A stretch of 58,004 nt of DNA from an uncultured Candidatus Saccharibacteria bacterium (GCA_964386665.1 CAYLQP010000004.1:22845-80848); one strand, 5' to 3'. Shown: positions 1 through 9,218, counted from the stretch's first letter. The notes: generated by a model not told the origin, from the sequence alone. A program made the numbers and translations.

Positions 1-159
1 ACTATATGATGGGGTTGAGTAAGAAGATCCAGTTGAATATGATGGGGTTGAGTAAAAAGACTGTGCTTTTACATTAACAACAGAAACAAAAAACACAACA
101 ACGAGAGCTACAAAAATAGCTGAATATTTATTAAATTTTTGGATATTTAAACTTTGCAT
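1..159 (-). CDS. N-terminal part of a secreted repeat protein; the gene runs off the left edge
   Basis: ATG at 159 (minus) opens MQSLNIQKFNKYSAIFVALVVVFFVSVVNVKAQ, which looks like a signal peptide. It is followed by in-frame 11-aa repeats S[FS]YSTPSYSTG. It is absent from the ORF track only because the window truncates it. Confidence 0.35.
   Translation of the reverse strand, partial: MQSLNIQKFNKYSAIFVALVVVFFVSVVNVKAQSFYSTPSYSTGSSYSTPSYS
4..60. repeat. 33-bp-period direct repeat (atatgatggggttgagtaa at 4-22 and 37-55)
   Basis: 19 identical nt occur twice, 33 nt apart. This corresponds to the 11-aa repeat of the partial minus-strand ORF. Confidence 0.8.
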
Positions 160-249
160 ATAGATACTATTATACACCATTGTAAGAAAAAGTCAAGGAT
201 TCTCTTTACAATCGTAGTTTGATGTTTTGTTGTTATTTAATAAAAAAAT

Positions 250-271
250 AGTGAGGGTACTACACCTCACT
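250..271 (-). terminator. rho-independent terminator of the lipoprotein gene
   Basis: The stem agtgagg/cctcact overlaps the stop codon. On the minus strand it is followed by a U-run (plus-strand aaaaaaa at 242-248). Confidence 0.6.
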
Positions 272-664
272 TTTTACAAACTCGACCACATTCTCGAAAT
301 CCTTCCCTGCCTCAGGCTTTTTCCACCAGAGAGTAACTTTCCCGTCCATTAAAACTGAATGGAAACTTTGCCCGTTATATTCAGGCAAAACCGAATCAAG
401 AGGTATCATTAAACCCCTGTTGGTTTCTCGGTAATCCAAGATTATGGATCCTGACGAGAGCCTAAAGGCTACTAAGTCGCCGGATAACCAAGCTCCCAAA
501 ATTGTTCTTCGGGGTTTACCTTCCTCTCCTTTCAGAAGTTGTCCCAAGGGGATCTGATCACCTTCTTTTATTTCCTTGACCGGAACAGTTAAGGCGATCT
601 GGGTTGAGAGTGTGGAGCAAGCGCCCATAAAGAGGGCGGTAACAAAAAGAGCAATCAGTTTCAT
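260..664 (-). CDS. small lipoprotein, function unknown
   Basis: 134 aa. The N-terminus MKLIALFVTALFMGAC carries a lipobox-like MGAC. Confidence 0.6.
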   Translation of the reverse strand: MKLIALFVTALFMGACSTLSTQIALTVPVKEIKEGDQIPLGQLLKGEEGKPRRTILGAWLSGDLVAFRLSSGSIILDYRETNRGLMIPLDSVLPEYNGQSFHSVLMDGKVTLWWKKPEAGKDFENVVEFVKSEV

Positions 665-741
665 AGATTTTTAAATCTACACAAAAAAACAAAAAAGTCA
701 ATGTATCTTAATACTTCTCTTCTCTGTTATACTTATATCAA

Positions 742-2448
742 ATGGTTTATTTCGACGAAGAAAAAGAAAAAAAACAAACTGCCAGTCTTCATCAATCAGA
801 GGAAGAAGAGTTAGCAGAAATATTAGCGACAAAATATGGTATAGGATATGTCGACCTTACAGGTGTTTCAATCAACACTGATGCGTTGAGATTAATTCCT
901 GAAAAAGATGCGCGCGAAGCTATTTGTGCTGGGTTCAAGATTGTTGGTAAAAAAATAAGTATTGCAGTCTTTGCTCCAACACGCCCAGAAACAGAACGAG
1001 TGCTCAACGACTTAAAAGAAAAGGATTATGAAGTTGTTTTGTTTATGGCAAGTCGCCAAAGTCTTGCAAAAGCGTGGGAGCGATACAAAGATCTTTCGTT
1101 TGCAACAGAAACCAAGTCGGGAACACTTGATATCTCAAACGAACAAATTGAAGCCTTCCTTAAAGAAGTGCGCAGTATTACTGACGTAACAAAACTTATT
1201 GGAGACACTGCCTCAGAACAGAAAGTATACAGAACATCAAAGATTCTTAGTATTATTGTTGCAGGAGCGATTGCTACGAAGGCTTCTGATATTCACTTAG
1301 AGCCAGAAGAAGAATTTGCTCGACTTCGATTTCGACTTGATGGTGTACTTGTAAACGTCATTACGTTTGATAAAGAGACATATACTCCTCTCCTTTCTCG
1401 AATCAAACTTCTCTCAAATCTTAAACTCAATATAAAAGAAAATGCGCAAGACGGTCGTTTTAGTGTAAAAATCTACAACCAAGATATTGAGATTCGTACT
1501 TCAATTCTTCCGGGAGCATACGGAGAGTCTATTGTACTTCGTCTACTCAATCCAGAATCTATTGCAGTATCTCTTGATGATTTAGGGATTCCAGAAAAAC
1601 TATTAAAAATATTTGAAACAGAAATTAGTAAACCAAACGGAATGATTCTCACCACAGGACCGACTGGGAGTGGAAAAACAACAACACTCTATGCGTTTTT
1701 GCGAAAGGTACATACTCCTGAAGTAAAGATAATCACTATTGAAGATCCAATTGAATATCACCTTCCTGGTATTGTTCAAACTCAAGTTGAAAATGATAAG
1801 GGATATACATTCGCTTCTGGACTGCGTTCAACTCTGCGTCAAGATCCTGATGTTATTATGGTGGGAGAAATTCGTGATAATGAAACTGCTGATATTGCAA
1901 TCCAAGCGGCACTTACGGGACACCTTGTGTTTTCAACTCTTCACACCAATGATGCAGCTGGTGCCTTCCCTCGGTTAAGTGACTTAGGAATTAATCCAAA
2001 ACTCATTCCTTCTGCAGTAAACCTCACTATTGCTCAACGACTTATACGACGTGTATGTACCAATTGTGCAAAAAAAATAAAAATTCCAGAAGACAAAAAA
2101 CATCTTATCGAAACAATAATTAAAAACATTCAAAACAAAGGTGAAACTGTGTTACAAACAGAAGAAATATTTACATCAACTGGTTGTAGCGATTGCAACA
2201 ACACAGGATATCGAGGGAGGGTTGGTATTTATGAAGCGATTCTTATTGACCGAGCAGTAAAAGAAGCTGTTGAAATGGGTGCGGGAGATAGAGAAATTGT
2301 TACTGCCTCTACATCACAACATATTCTCACATTACAAGAAGATGGTATTCAAAAAATTCTCGCGGGACTTTCAACTCTCGATGAACTCGAACGCGTTGTT
2401 GATCTTTCTCTTTCACTTCCGGAAGAAGAGCAGCACAAAATTAACTGA
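742..2448 (+). CDS. pilB: GspE/PilB-family secretion or type IV pilus assembly ATPase
   Basis: 568 aa. Walker A GPTGSGKTTT, Walker B-type DPDVIMVGEIRD, His box TGHLVFSTLHTNDA, and a C-terminal tetracysteine CTNC...CSDC. Confidence 0.9.
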   Translation: MVYFDEEKEKKQTASLHQSEEEELAEILATKYGIGYVDLTGVSINTDALRLIPEKDAREAICAGFKIVGKKISIAVFAPTRPETERVLNDLKEKDYEVVLFMASRQSLAKAWERYKDLSFATETKSGTLDISNEQIEAFLKEVRSITDVTKLIGDTASEQKVYRTSKILSIIVAGAIATKASDIHLEPEEEFARLRFRLDGVLVNVITFDKETYTPLLSRIKLLSNLKLNIKENAQDGRFSVKIYNQDIEIRTSILPGAYGESIVLRLLNPESIAVSLDDLGIPEKLLKIFETEISKPNGMILTTGPTGSGKTTTLYAFLRKVHTPEVKIITIEDPIEYHLPGIVQTQVENDKGYTFASGLRSTLRQDPDVIMVGEIRDNETADIAIQAALTGHLVFSTLHTNDAAGAFPRLSDLGINPKLIPSAVNLTIAQRLIRRVCTNCAKKIKIPEDKKHLIETIIKNIQNKGETVLQTEEIFTSTGCSDCNNTGYRGRVGIYEAILIDRAVKEAVEMGAGDREIVTASTSQHILTLQEDGIQKILAGLSTLDELERVVDLSLSLPEEEQHKIN

Positions 2449-2470
2449 AATTGCAATTTAAATTAGAAAT

Positions 2471-2506
2471 CAAAAAACGACGCATCGGAAGATGCGTCGT
2501 TTTTTG
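2471..2506 (+). terminator. rho-independent terminator after pilB
   Basis: A 16-bp perfect stem caaaaaacgacgcatc / gatgcgtcgttttttg with a GGAA loop and a T-rich 3' arm. Confidence 0.8.
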
Positions 2507-2721
2507 ATTGGGGGTATACTTCTTGTTAATTAGAGATACAAAAATATGAATCTCTAAGCAATACTTTTGATGCGAAACCTAAAGTAAGATAAAAATTTAA
2601 GGATAACCCCAGAAATGCAACAAGGCACACCAGAATGTCCTCTCATATATACCAAAATACACTAATGTGTACCATCGCTTAGAGATTTATATTCTCGAAC
2701 TATTTTAATTAAACTAAACAA

Positions 2722-2745
2722 GAAACCCTGAAGAGGGTTTTTTTG
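2722..2745 (+). terminator. orphan rho-independent terminator in the pilB-ruvB spacer
   Basis: Stem aaaccct / agggttt with a gaag loop, followed by a T-run. No annotated ORF ends here. Confidence 0.55.
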
Positions 2746-2797
2746 CAAAGAAGCTTATGAAACGAACGTACTGGTATCTTAGCATACTCTTTGATTA

Positions 2798-3850
2798 ATG
2801 TCAAGCTTTGATTCTCTTTTGTATTTTTGTCATGTTATACTAATGTCTATGAGCGAGCCTCTAAAAAAAACAAATGGTGAACGGGTGTTTGATCAAACAC
2901 TGCGTCCTTCTACTTGGAATGAGTATATTGGACAAGAAACAATCAAAAAAAACCTTGATGTATTGTTACGTGCTGCAAAAGAAAGAAATCATATTCCAGA
3001 ACACATCTTGTTTTATGGTCCTCCAGGACTTGGGAAAACCACTCTCGCCCATCTTATTGCAAAAGAAACTGGTGCTCAAATAAAAATCACATCAGGCCCT
3101 GCAATAGAAAAAGTAGGAGACCTTGCTTCAATCCTTACCAACTTATCAAAAGGAGATATTTTATTTATTGATGAAATCCATCGTCTCAACAAAGCAATTG
3201 AGGAAGTTCTCTACCCCGCTCTTGAAAGTGGTGTACTTGATATCATCATCGGTAAAGGTCCAAGTGCTCGAACGGTTCAATTAGATTTACCGGCATTTAC
3301 TTTGATCGCTGCAACAACTCGGATTGCGATGATTTCATCTCCTCTTCGGTCTCGGTTTTCTGGTGGTGTATATCGACTTGAGTTTTATCGCGAAGATGAG
3401 ATAGGAAAAATTATTGCGCGTTCAGCAGATATTCTTGAAACCCCTATTGAACCCTCTGCCGTTAGTCTTATTGCAAAAAGAAGTCGTATGACTCCTCGAA
3501 CTGCAAACTATCTTCTACGAAGATGTCGTGATTTTGCTCAAGTACAAAAAACACACATAAACACTGCTTCAGTTGAAGAAGCATTACATCTTTTGGGTAT
3601 TGATTCGGCTGGACTCATTGAATCTGATAGAAAACTTCTTGAAACAATCATTCATAAATTTAATGGAGGGCCTGTTGGGTTAGGTACGTTAGCCGCTTCT
3701 CTCTCAGAAGAAGAAGCTACAATCGAAGAATTTCATGAACCGTATCTTTTGCAACTTGGGTTTATTGAAAGAACCCCACGTGGAAGAATCGCAACAGAAA
3801 AAGCCTATAAACACTTAGGTCTTTCCTTTCCAATTGAAAAAAGTCTTTAA
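2798..3850 (+). CDS. ruvB: Holliday junction branch migration helicase RuvB
   Basis: Contains LRPSTWNEYIGQ, Walker A GPPGLGKTTLA and a DEIHRL Walker B. The true start is probably the internal Met at 2843 or 2849 (MSMSEPLKK). Confidence 0.95.
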   Translation: MSSFDSLLYFCHVILMSMSEPLKKTNGERVFDQTLRPSTWNEYIGQETIKKNLDVLLRAAKERNHIPEHILFYGPPGLGKTTLAHLIAKETGAQIKITSGPAIEKVGDLASILTNLSKGDILFIDEIHRLNKAIEEVLYPALESGVLDIIIGKGPSARTVQLDLPAFTLIAATTRIAMISSPLRSRFSGGVYRLEFYREDEIGKIIARSADILETPIEPSAVSLIAKRSRMTPRTANYLLRRCRDFAQVQKTHINTASVEEALHLLGIDSAGLIESDRKLLETIIHKFNGGPVGLGTLAASLSEEEATIEEFHEPYLLQLGFIERTPRGRIATEKAYKHLGLSFPIEKSL

Positions 3851-3896
3851 AACCTAAAGGATTGCGATTTTTATTCATTGGTTTATAATCTGTACT

Positions 3897-4421
3897 ATGT
3901 CAGGACACAGTAAATGGGCACAAATAAAGCGACAAAAAGGCGCAACTGATGCAAAAAGAAGCAAAATCTTTACTAAACACGCGCGTCTTATCGCCAATGA
4001 AGCAAAAAAATCTAATGGGAGTATAAACTCTTCTCTTCAAAACGCGATTGATAATGCAAAAAAAGATAATGTTCCAAAAGACGTTATTGAACGAGCAATC
4101 AAAAAAGGAGGAGACAAGGGCGATGCACTCGAATCAGTTACTTATGAATGTTATGGTCCAGGAGGATGTGCTATTGTTATTGAAGCTTTAACATCAAACA
4201 GAAACAAAGCAGCTCAAGAAATTAAATATATTTTGTCTCAAAACGGTACGAGTCTTGCAACACCTGGAAGTGCGAGTTGGGCATTCACAAAACACATAAC
4301 GCAGTGGTCACCAACGACAACCGTGCCCCTTTCTGATGACGACCTTGTATTACTTGAAAAACTTGTCGATGAACTTGAAGACAACGAAGAAGTTCAAGAA
4401 GTCTTTACTAACGTAGAATAA
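3897..4421 (+). CDS. yebC: YebC/PmpR-family protein, shortened form
   Basis: The N-terminus MSGHSKWAQIKRQKGATDAKRSKIFTK is the family signature. It is 174 aa against about 240 aa for E. coli YebC, so an internal or C-terminal domain segment is missing. Confidence 0.85.
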   Translation: MSGHSKWAQIKRQKGATDAKRSKIFTKHARLIANEAKKSNGSINSSLQNAIDNAKKDNVPKDVIERAIKKGGDKGDALESVTYECYGPGGCAIVIEALTSNRNKAAQEIKYILSQNGTSLATPGSASWAFTKHITQWSPTTTVPLSDDDLVLLEKLVDELEDNEEVQEVFTNVE

Positions 4422-4422
4422 G

Positions 4423-4908
4423 ATGAATATTATTGCTATTGATCCAGGATACGAAAGACTTGGTATTGCAGTAATCGAAAAGAAAGATAAATCTTCAAAA
4501 GAGATCTTGCTCCATTCTGAATGTTTTAAAACTTCCAAAGATCTTCCTCACGAACAAAGACTTTTTGCTCTTGGAAAGAGAGTGCGTGAAATTATAGATT
4601 TGTATCATCCAACACATCTTGCTATTGAAGACTTGTACCTTAACACAAACCAAAAAACAGCAATGCTTGTAGCTGAAGCCAAAGGTGTTGTGATGTACGA
4701 AGCTTCCCTTGCAAAGATACCTATAACACATTTTTCACCTCCTCAAATAAAATTGGCAGTTTGTGGAAATGGTAAAGCGGACAAAACTGCTATTATAAAA
4801 ATGGTTCCACTCCTCGTACAAGTAGAAAAAACTATTGTGTATGACGATGAATTTGACGCAATAGCAGTTGGTCTCACCTTCTTTGCTCACACCAGAATAG
4901 AGTTTTAG
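4423..4908 (+). CDS. ruvC: crossover junction endodeoxyribonuclease RuvC
   Basis: 161 aa. MNIIAIDPGYERLGIAVIE is an RNase H-fold start, and the protein has the conserved acidic residues. Confidence 0.9.
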   Translation: MNIIAIDPGYERLGIAVIEKKDKSSKEILLHSECFKTSKDLPHEQRLFALGKRVREIIDLYHPTHLAIEDLYLNTNQKTAMLVAEAKGVVMYEASLAKIPITHFSPPQIKLAVCGNGKADKTAIIKMVPLLVQVEKTIVYDDEFDAIAVGLTFFAHTRIEF

Positions 4909-5011
4909 ATATCCACACCCAAATTAGGTTGCATAAATTTAAAGATTTTGTATAAATATAGTACTCAGACAAATTGAGTATTAATTATTAACCTTTTGAG
5001 GATACAAAAAA

Positions 5012-5128
5012 ATGGACGACGATAATAAAGACCCTTTTATTGAAGATGAGTTACCAGAAGATCTTGAAGAATCAGATGCTTCTATGGATATAGATGATGC
5101 AGATGATATGTGGGAAGGAGAAGAATAG
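5012..5128 (+). CDS. 38-aa highly acidic micro-ORF
   Basis: MDDDNKDPFIEDELPEDLEESDASMDIDDADDMWEGEE. A GAGGA motif lies 9 nt upstream of the ATG, and a 19-bp perfect terminator hairpin lies 20 nt downstream. Confidence 0.35.
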   Translation: MDDDNKDPFIEDELPEDLEESDASMDIDDADDMWEGEE

Positions 5129-5147
5129 GTTTTGAATTAAAATTAAC

Positions 5148-5189
5148 ATAAATAGAGGTTTTTGGCTTAAGCCAAAAACCTCTATTTAT
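5148..5189 (+). terminator. 19-bp perfect hairpin after the micro-ORF
   Basis: ataaatagaggtttttggc / gccaaaaacctctatttat with a ttaa loop. Confidence 0.6.
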
Positions 5190-5227
5190 GTTAAGAAAAG
5201 AATTATGTATAATAGAACCCATACGTT

Positions 5228-7684
5228 ATGTTAAAAAAACTTCGTAAATCAAAGGTTTTCAAAAAAATTAAACACTTTGTAACTCACTTAAGTATACTCG
5301 GGCTTGCACTTGGACTTATTATTTGTGGCTTTGTTTTTTTGTGGTTTACAACACTCAAGATCCCAGATCTTGATTCTTTTGATGAGCGAATACTTGGTCA
5401 ATCTACAAAAATATTTGATAAAACAGGAAAAATTCTTTTGTATGACTTTGGTCAAAATATGCGAAGAACTGTTATCCCCCTTGAAGAAATTCCTGATTTT
5501 GCAGAAAAAGCAGCTATTGCAATTGAAGATGCTGAATTTTACTCTCACCACGGAATTAAAATAACTTCTATTATCCGCGCAACCCTCGTTAACATCACTA
5601 CTGGTGAATACAGCCAAGGGGGGTCAACTATTACTCAACAAGTAATTAAAAACTCTCTTCTTACAAAAGAAAAAACAATTTCTCGAAAAATCAAAGAAAT
5701 GATTTTGGCTCTTAAACTTGAACGAGTACTTACAAAAGAAGAAATCTTACACCTTTATCTCAACGAAGCGCCTTACGGGGGTACGATTTACGGAATAGAA
5801 GAGGCGGCGCAAGTGTTTTTTGGTAAAAAAGCGAAAGAAATAACTCTTGCGCAGTCAGCGTATCTTGCGGCACTTCCCCAGGCCCCTACGTATTTTTCTC
5901 CTTATGGAAAGCATAAAGAAGAGCTCACTGCCCGAAAGAATCTTGTGCTCGAAAAAATGATTGAGAATAAATTCATTACAAAAGAAGAATACGACACCGC
6001 TCTTAAAGAAGAGGTTGTATTTCAAACTGGATCAGAAGGAGGTATTAAAGCACCTCATTTCGTAATGTTTATTAGAGAATATCTCGAGGAACAATACGGA
6101 GAAAGAGTGGCTGCTGAAGGAGGACTTAGAGTAACTACAACACTTGATTTTGAACTTCAAAAGAAAGCAGAAGAAATTGTAAACAAGTTTGCAATACAAA
6201 ACGAAAAACAATACAAAGCTTCAAACGCATCATTGGTTGCCATTGATGCAAAAACAGGACACATTCTTACTATGGTTGGTTCAAGAGATTATTTTGATAA
6301 AAACATAGATGGTAACTACAATATTGCAACAGCCAAAAGACAGCCTGGTTCATCTTTTAAGCCGTTTATATATCTCAAAGCTTTTGAGAAAGGATATCGA
6401 CCTGAAACAGTATTGTTTGATCTTAGAACTCAGTTTTCAACAAATTGTGAACCAACTGACCTTGAAGAAAAAGAAGGTTGTTATTCGCCTTCAAACTATG
6501 ATGATAAGTTCAGAGGGCCTATGACACTTCGGTCAGCTCTCGCCCAATCAGTTAATGTTCCTGCAGTAAAACTGTTTTACCTCGTTGGTATGAAAGACAC
6601 CATTGATCTTGTAAGAAAACTTGGTATTACTACCATCATAGATCCAAAACAATATGGTCTTTCCCTTGTACTTGGAGGTGGTGAAGTAACACTACTTGAA
6701 ATGACAGGTGCATATGCAGTATTTTCTCAAAACGGAGAAAGAAATCCGACAACAGGAATAATTAAAATAGAAGACAAGAAAGGAAATATTGTGGAAGAAT
6801 GGAAAAAAGAAAGTGTTACTGTGCTCCCAAAACAACCAGTTTTACTCCTCAATAATGTTTTAAGTGATAACCAAGCTCGAGTACCGGCATTTAGTCCAAC
6901 AAGTCCAATGTACTTCCCTGATAGAGATGTAGCGGCTAAAACCGGTACCACAAACGATTATCGTGACACATGGATAGTTGGATACACCCCAAGTGTTTCG
7001 GTTGGTGCTTGGGCTGGAAATAATAATAACAGCTCAATTGATAAAAAGGTGGCTGGATATGTTGTTGCGCCTATGTGGCGAGCATTTATGGATGAGATAC
7101 TCAAAACAACCCCTGATGAAAAGTTCGAGAAACCAGAATCTGAGGACCTATCAAAAGTACCCCCAGTTATTCGAGGTGTCTGGCAAGGAAGTGTAACAGA
7201 GACAGGTGACACTGAAACTGTTTCAGGAGAACCTCATTCAATTTTACACTGGATAAACAAAGATAATCCGCTTGGGGGTATCACAAATAATCCATGGATT
7301 GATTCTCAATATTCATATTGGGAATACCCTATCCGAATCTGGTCAGCACAAAATGGCTTTAATGTTTCCAATATAAATGTATTTAATAAATCAAATATCA
7401 CTTCAAATAAAATATATTTTTCTTACCCAACACATAACCAAACATTCCTTAAAACAGAACGTATTAAACCCATAGTAGTAATTAACACAGAGAAAGAAAC
7501 AGAAAAGGTTGAATACTTCTTAAACGGAGTCTTTGTTACTTCAACCAACAAAGACCCTTTTGAAGCAACGATAAACCTCTCAAGGGTAACAAATGTAATT
7601 TCTGGAGATAACACATTAAAAGTTGTTGTTACTTCTAAAGATAATTCCCAAGAAACAACTTCTATTACTCTCAACATTAACTAA
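5228..7684 (+). CDS. class A penicillin-binding protein (glycosyltransferase + transpeptidase)
   Basis: 818 aa with an N-terminal TM segment. GT51 motifs EDAEFYSHHGI and GGSTITQQ; transpeptidase motifs SSFKP (SxxK) and KTGT. There is a C-terminal extension of about 150 aa. Confidence 0.9.
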   Translation: MLKKLRKSKVFKKIKHFVTHLSILGLALGLIICGFVFLWFTTLKIPDLDSFDERILGQSTKIFDKTGKILLYDFGQNMRRTVIPLEEIPDFAEKAAIAIEDAEFYSHHGIKITSIIRATLVNITTGEYSQGGSTITQQVIKNSLLTKEKTISRKIKEMILALKLERVLTKEEILHLYLNEAPYGGTIYGIEEAAQVFFGKKAKEITLAQSAYLAALPQAPTYFSPYGKHKEELTARKNLVLEKMIENKFITKEEYDTALKEEVVFQTGSEGGIKAPHFVMFIREYLEEQYGERVAAEGGLRVTTTLDFELQKKAEEIVNKFAIQNEKQYKASNASLVAIDAKTGHILTMVGSRDYFDKNIDGNYNIATAKRQPGSSFKPFIYLKAFEKGYRPETVLFDLRTQFSTNCEPTDLEEKEGCYSPSNYDDKFRGPMTLRSALAQSVNVPAVKLFYLVGMKDTIDLVRKLGITTIIDPKQYGLSLVLGGGEVTLLEMTGAYAVFSQNGERNPTTGIIKIEDKKGNIVEEWKKESVTVLPKQPVLLLNNVLSDNQARVPAFSPTSPMYFPDRDVAAKTGTTNDYRDTWIVGYTPSVSVGAWAGNNNNSSIDKKVAGYVVAPMWRAFMDEILKTTPDEKFEKPESEDLSKVPPVIRGVWQGSVTETGDTETVSGEPHSILHWINKDNPLGGITNNPWIDSQYSYWEYPIRIWSAQNGFNVSNINVFNKSNITSNKIYFSYPTHNQTFLKTERIKPIVVINTEKETEKVEYFLNGVFVTSTNKDPFEATINLSRVTNVISGDNTLKVVVTSKDNSQETTSITLNIN

Positions 7685-7937
7685 CAATCTTATTGATGGT
7701 TATATGTGGGTGCTCTTTATGCAGAAGAGAAAGTACCTCAGTTTGTTTTAAAAAAACAACATGACGAAGTACAGGGGGTAGATTTTTTATTTTTAAATTC
7801 CCATTACGTAACTCTATAGATTCTTTTTGAACATTATGTTTAAAAAAAAGTGTTAGTGTGTTTGCAATCGCCTCCTTTTCAAGCGAAGGATCTTTTAAAT
7901 GTTTGAACCTATCAAGTAAACGTGCAATAAGATCCAT
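7677..7937 (-). CDS. small protein downstream of dnaN, possibly DUF721/DciA-like
   Basis: 86 aa, 2 bp downstream of dnaN. The C-terminal ESIELRNGNLKIKNLPPVLRHVVFLKQTEVLSLL resembles the DUF721 core. The resemblance was judged by eye only. Confidence 0.4.
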   Translation of the reverse strand: MDLIARLLDRFKHLKDPSLEKEAIANTLTLFFKHNVQKESIELRNGNLKIKNLPPVLRHVVFLKQTEVLSLLHKEHPHITINKIVS

Positions 7938-7939
7938 AA

Positions 7940-9043
7940 CTATCTATTCATAGGCATTACAAGGTATGTAAAACTTGGTGAACTCGCTTCGGTAATAATC
8001 ACAGGTTTATTATTACCAACCAATTTTATCTGCACACTTTCACTTTTTATAGACTGAAGACAGTCAACAATATACTTATGGTTGAATGTGATAGTGATTT
8101 CCTCCCCTGTTCCATTTACTTTGACTATTTGTGATGCTTCACCATCAACACCTCCTTTTGTTTTTATTGAAATTTTTTTCTCTTGCGGTGAAACAACAAA
8201 TACCACTTGTTGAAACTTATCCAAGAAACCACTCGTAAGTTTCAGAGCTTTAAGTAAATCTTCTTTCAATAACATAACTTCAGAACCAAATGTTTTAGGA
8301 ATAATTTGTTTGTAATCAGGAAACACCCCATCTACCGCTCTTGAAGAAATAAAAACATCTCCAGCCCTAAAGGTTATTTGATTTTTATTCAAAACAACTT
8401 CAACATCATCGTGTATTGCCTCAAGAACTCGGGCAACCTCAAGAGCATTTTTATATGGTAACAAAACAAATTCTGAAAGATTTTTTTTAAGGGTTTTAAA
8501 CCTCTTTTCAGCCAAACGAAAAGAATCTGTTGCCACAAAAATCAACTCATCTCCTTCTGGATACATATAAATACTTGATAACTCTGGTTTTATAAGTGAA
8601 ACCGAAGCACTATACAAGACAGACTGAACCCCATCAACATACATTTTTGCTGGAATATATTTCTTTTCACCGTCTTCAATTTTAGGAATATTTGGAAAAT
8701 CATCTGGTGCTTGAGTAGTAATCGTTGCAAAACTTGTTCCAGCTGATATATGTAAAACATTATCAGTAAACTCAAATGAAACATTTTTCTCATTTACGTT
8801 TGTTAAAAAGGCCTTAAGTGCCTGTGGTGAAACAGCGAAAGAACATTCTTCCGTTTTTTCATTTTTGACTGCTATATAATATTCTATTCCCACATCTAAA
8901 TTAGTCGCCTTTATCGTAAGCTTATTTCCTTCCACAGTAAAAAGTATTTGAGAAAGTATAGGTAAAGAAATATGTTTACTTGAGAATTTCTCTGTTGTAT
9001 TCACTGCTTCTAGGATTTTTTCTTTTTGTATTTCTAATTTCAT
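7940..9043 (-). CDS. dnaN: DNA polymerase III beta sliding clamp
   Basis: 367 aa with the typical N-terminus and length. It lies directly downstream of dnaA. Confidence 0.95.
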   Translation of the reverse strand: MKLEIQKEKILEAVNTTEKFSSKHISLPILSQILFTVEGNKLTIKATNLDVGIEYYIAVKNEKTEECSFAVSPQALKAFLTNVNEKNVSFEFTDNVLHISAGTSFATITTQAPDDFPNIPKIEDGEKKYIPAKMYVDGVQSVLYSASVSLIKPELSSIYMYPEGDELIFVATDSFRLAEKRFKTLKKNLSEFVLLPYKNALEVARVLEAIHDDVEVVLNKNQITFRAGDVFISSRAVDGVFPDYKQIIPKTFGSEVMLLKEDLLKALKLTSGFLDKFQQVVFVVSPQEKKISIKTKGGVDGEASQIVKVNGTGEEITITFNHKYIVDCLQSIKSESVQIKLVGNNKPVIITEASSPSFTYLVMPMNR

Positions 9044-9061
9044 ATTTTTTATTTATTACTT

Positions 9062-9212
9062 TGTGGAAAAGTGGAGAACTCTTATTTATGTTGGTTTTTA
9101 ATATGTTTTTTGGTTTTTCTTAAGAAAGATATTGTTGATAAGTTGGTTTTGTTTGAATCTTATGTGTCTGTTGTTCACAGTTGTGGGTAATGTTGTACAT
9201 ATCTTTTCCACA
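9062..9212. promoter_or_regulatory. DnaA-box cluster in the dnaA-dnaN spacer (oriC part)
   Basis: tgtggaaaa (9062-9070), ttgttcaca (9171-9179), tgtgggtaa (9182-9190) and ttttccaca (9204-9212). Each has 1-2 mismatches to TTATCCACA in one or the other orientation. Confidence 0.6.
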
Positions 9213-9218
9213 GTTTTA

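Noticed and set aside
792-2461. Several 60-80-aa ORFs in other frames or antisense inside pilB. There are analogous nested ORFs inside ruvB, the PBP gene, dnaN, dnaA, virB4, pcrA, comM, pnp, cca and others.
   Set aside because: Each lies fully inside a long ORF that carries clear family motifs. Their products are low-complexity or odd in composition, and none has its own SD or terminator.
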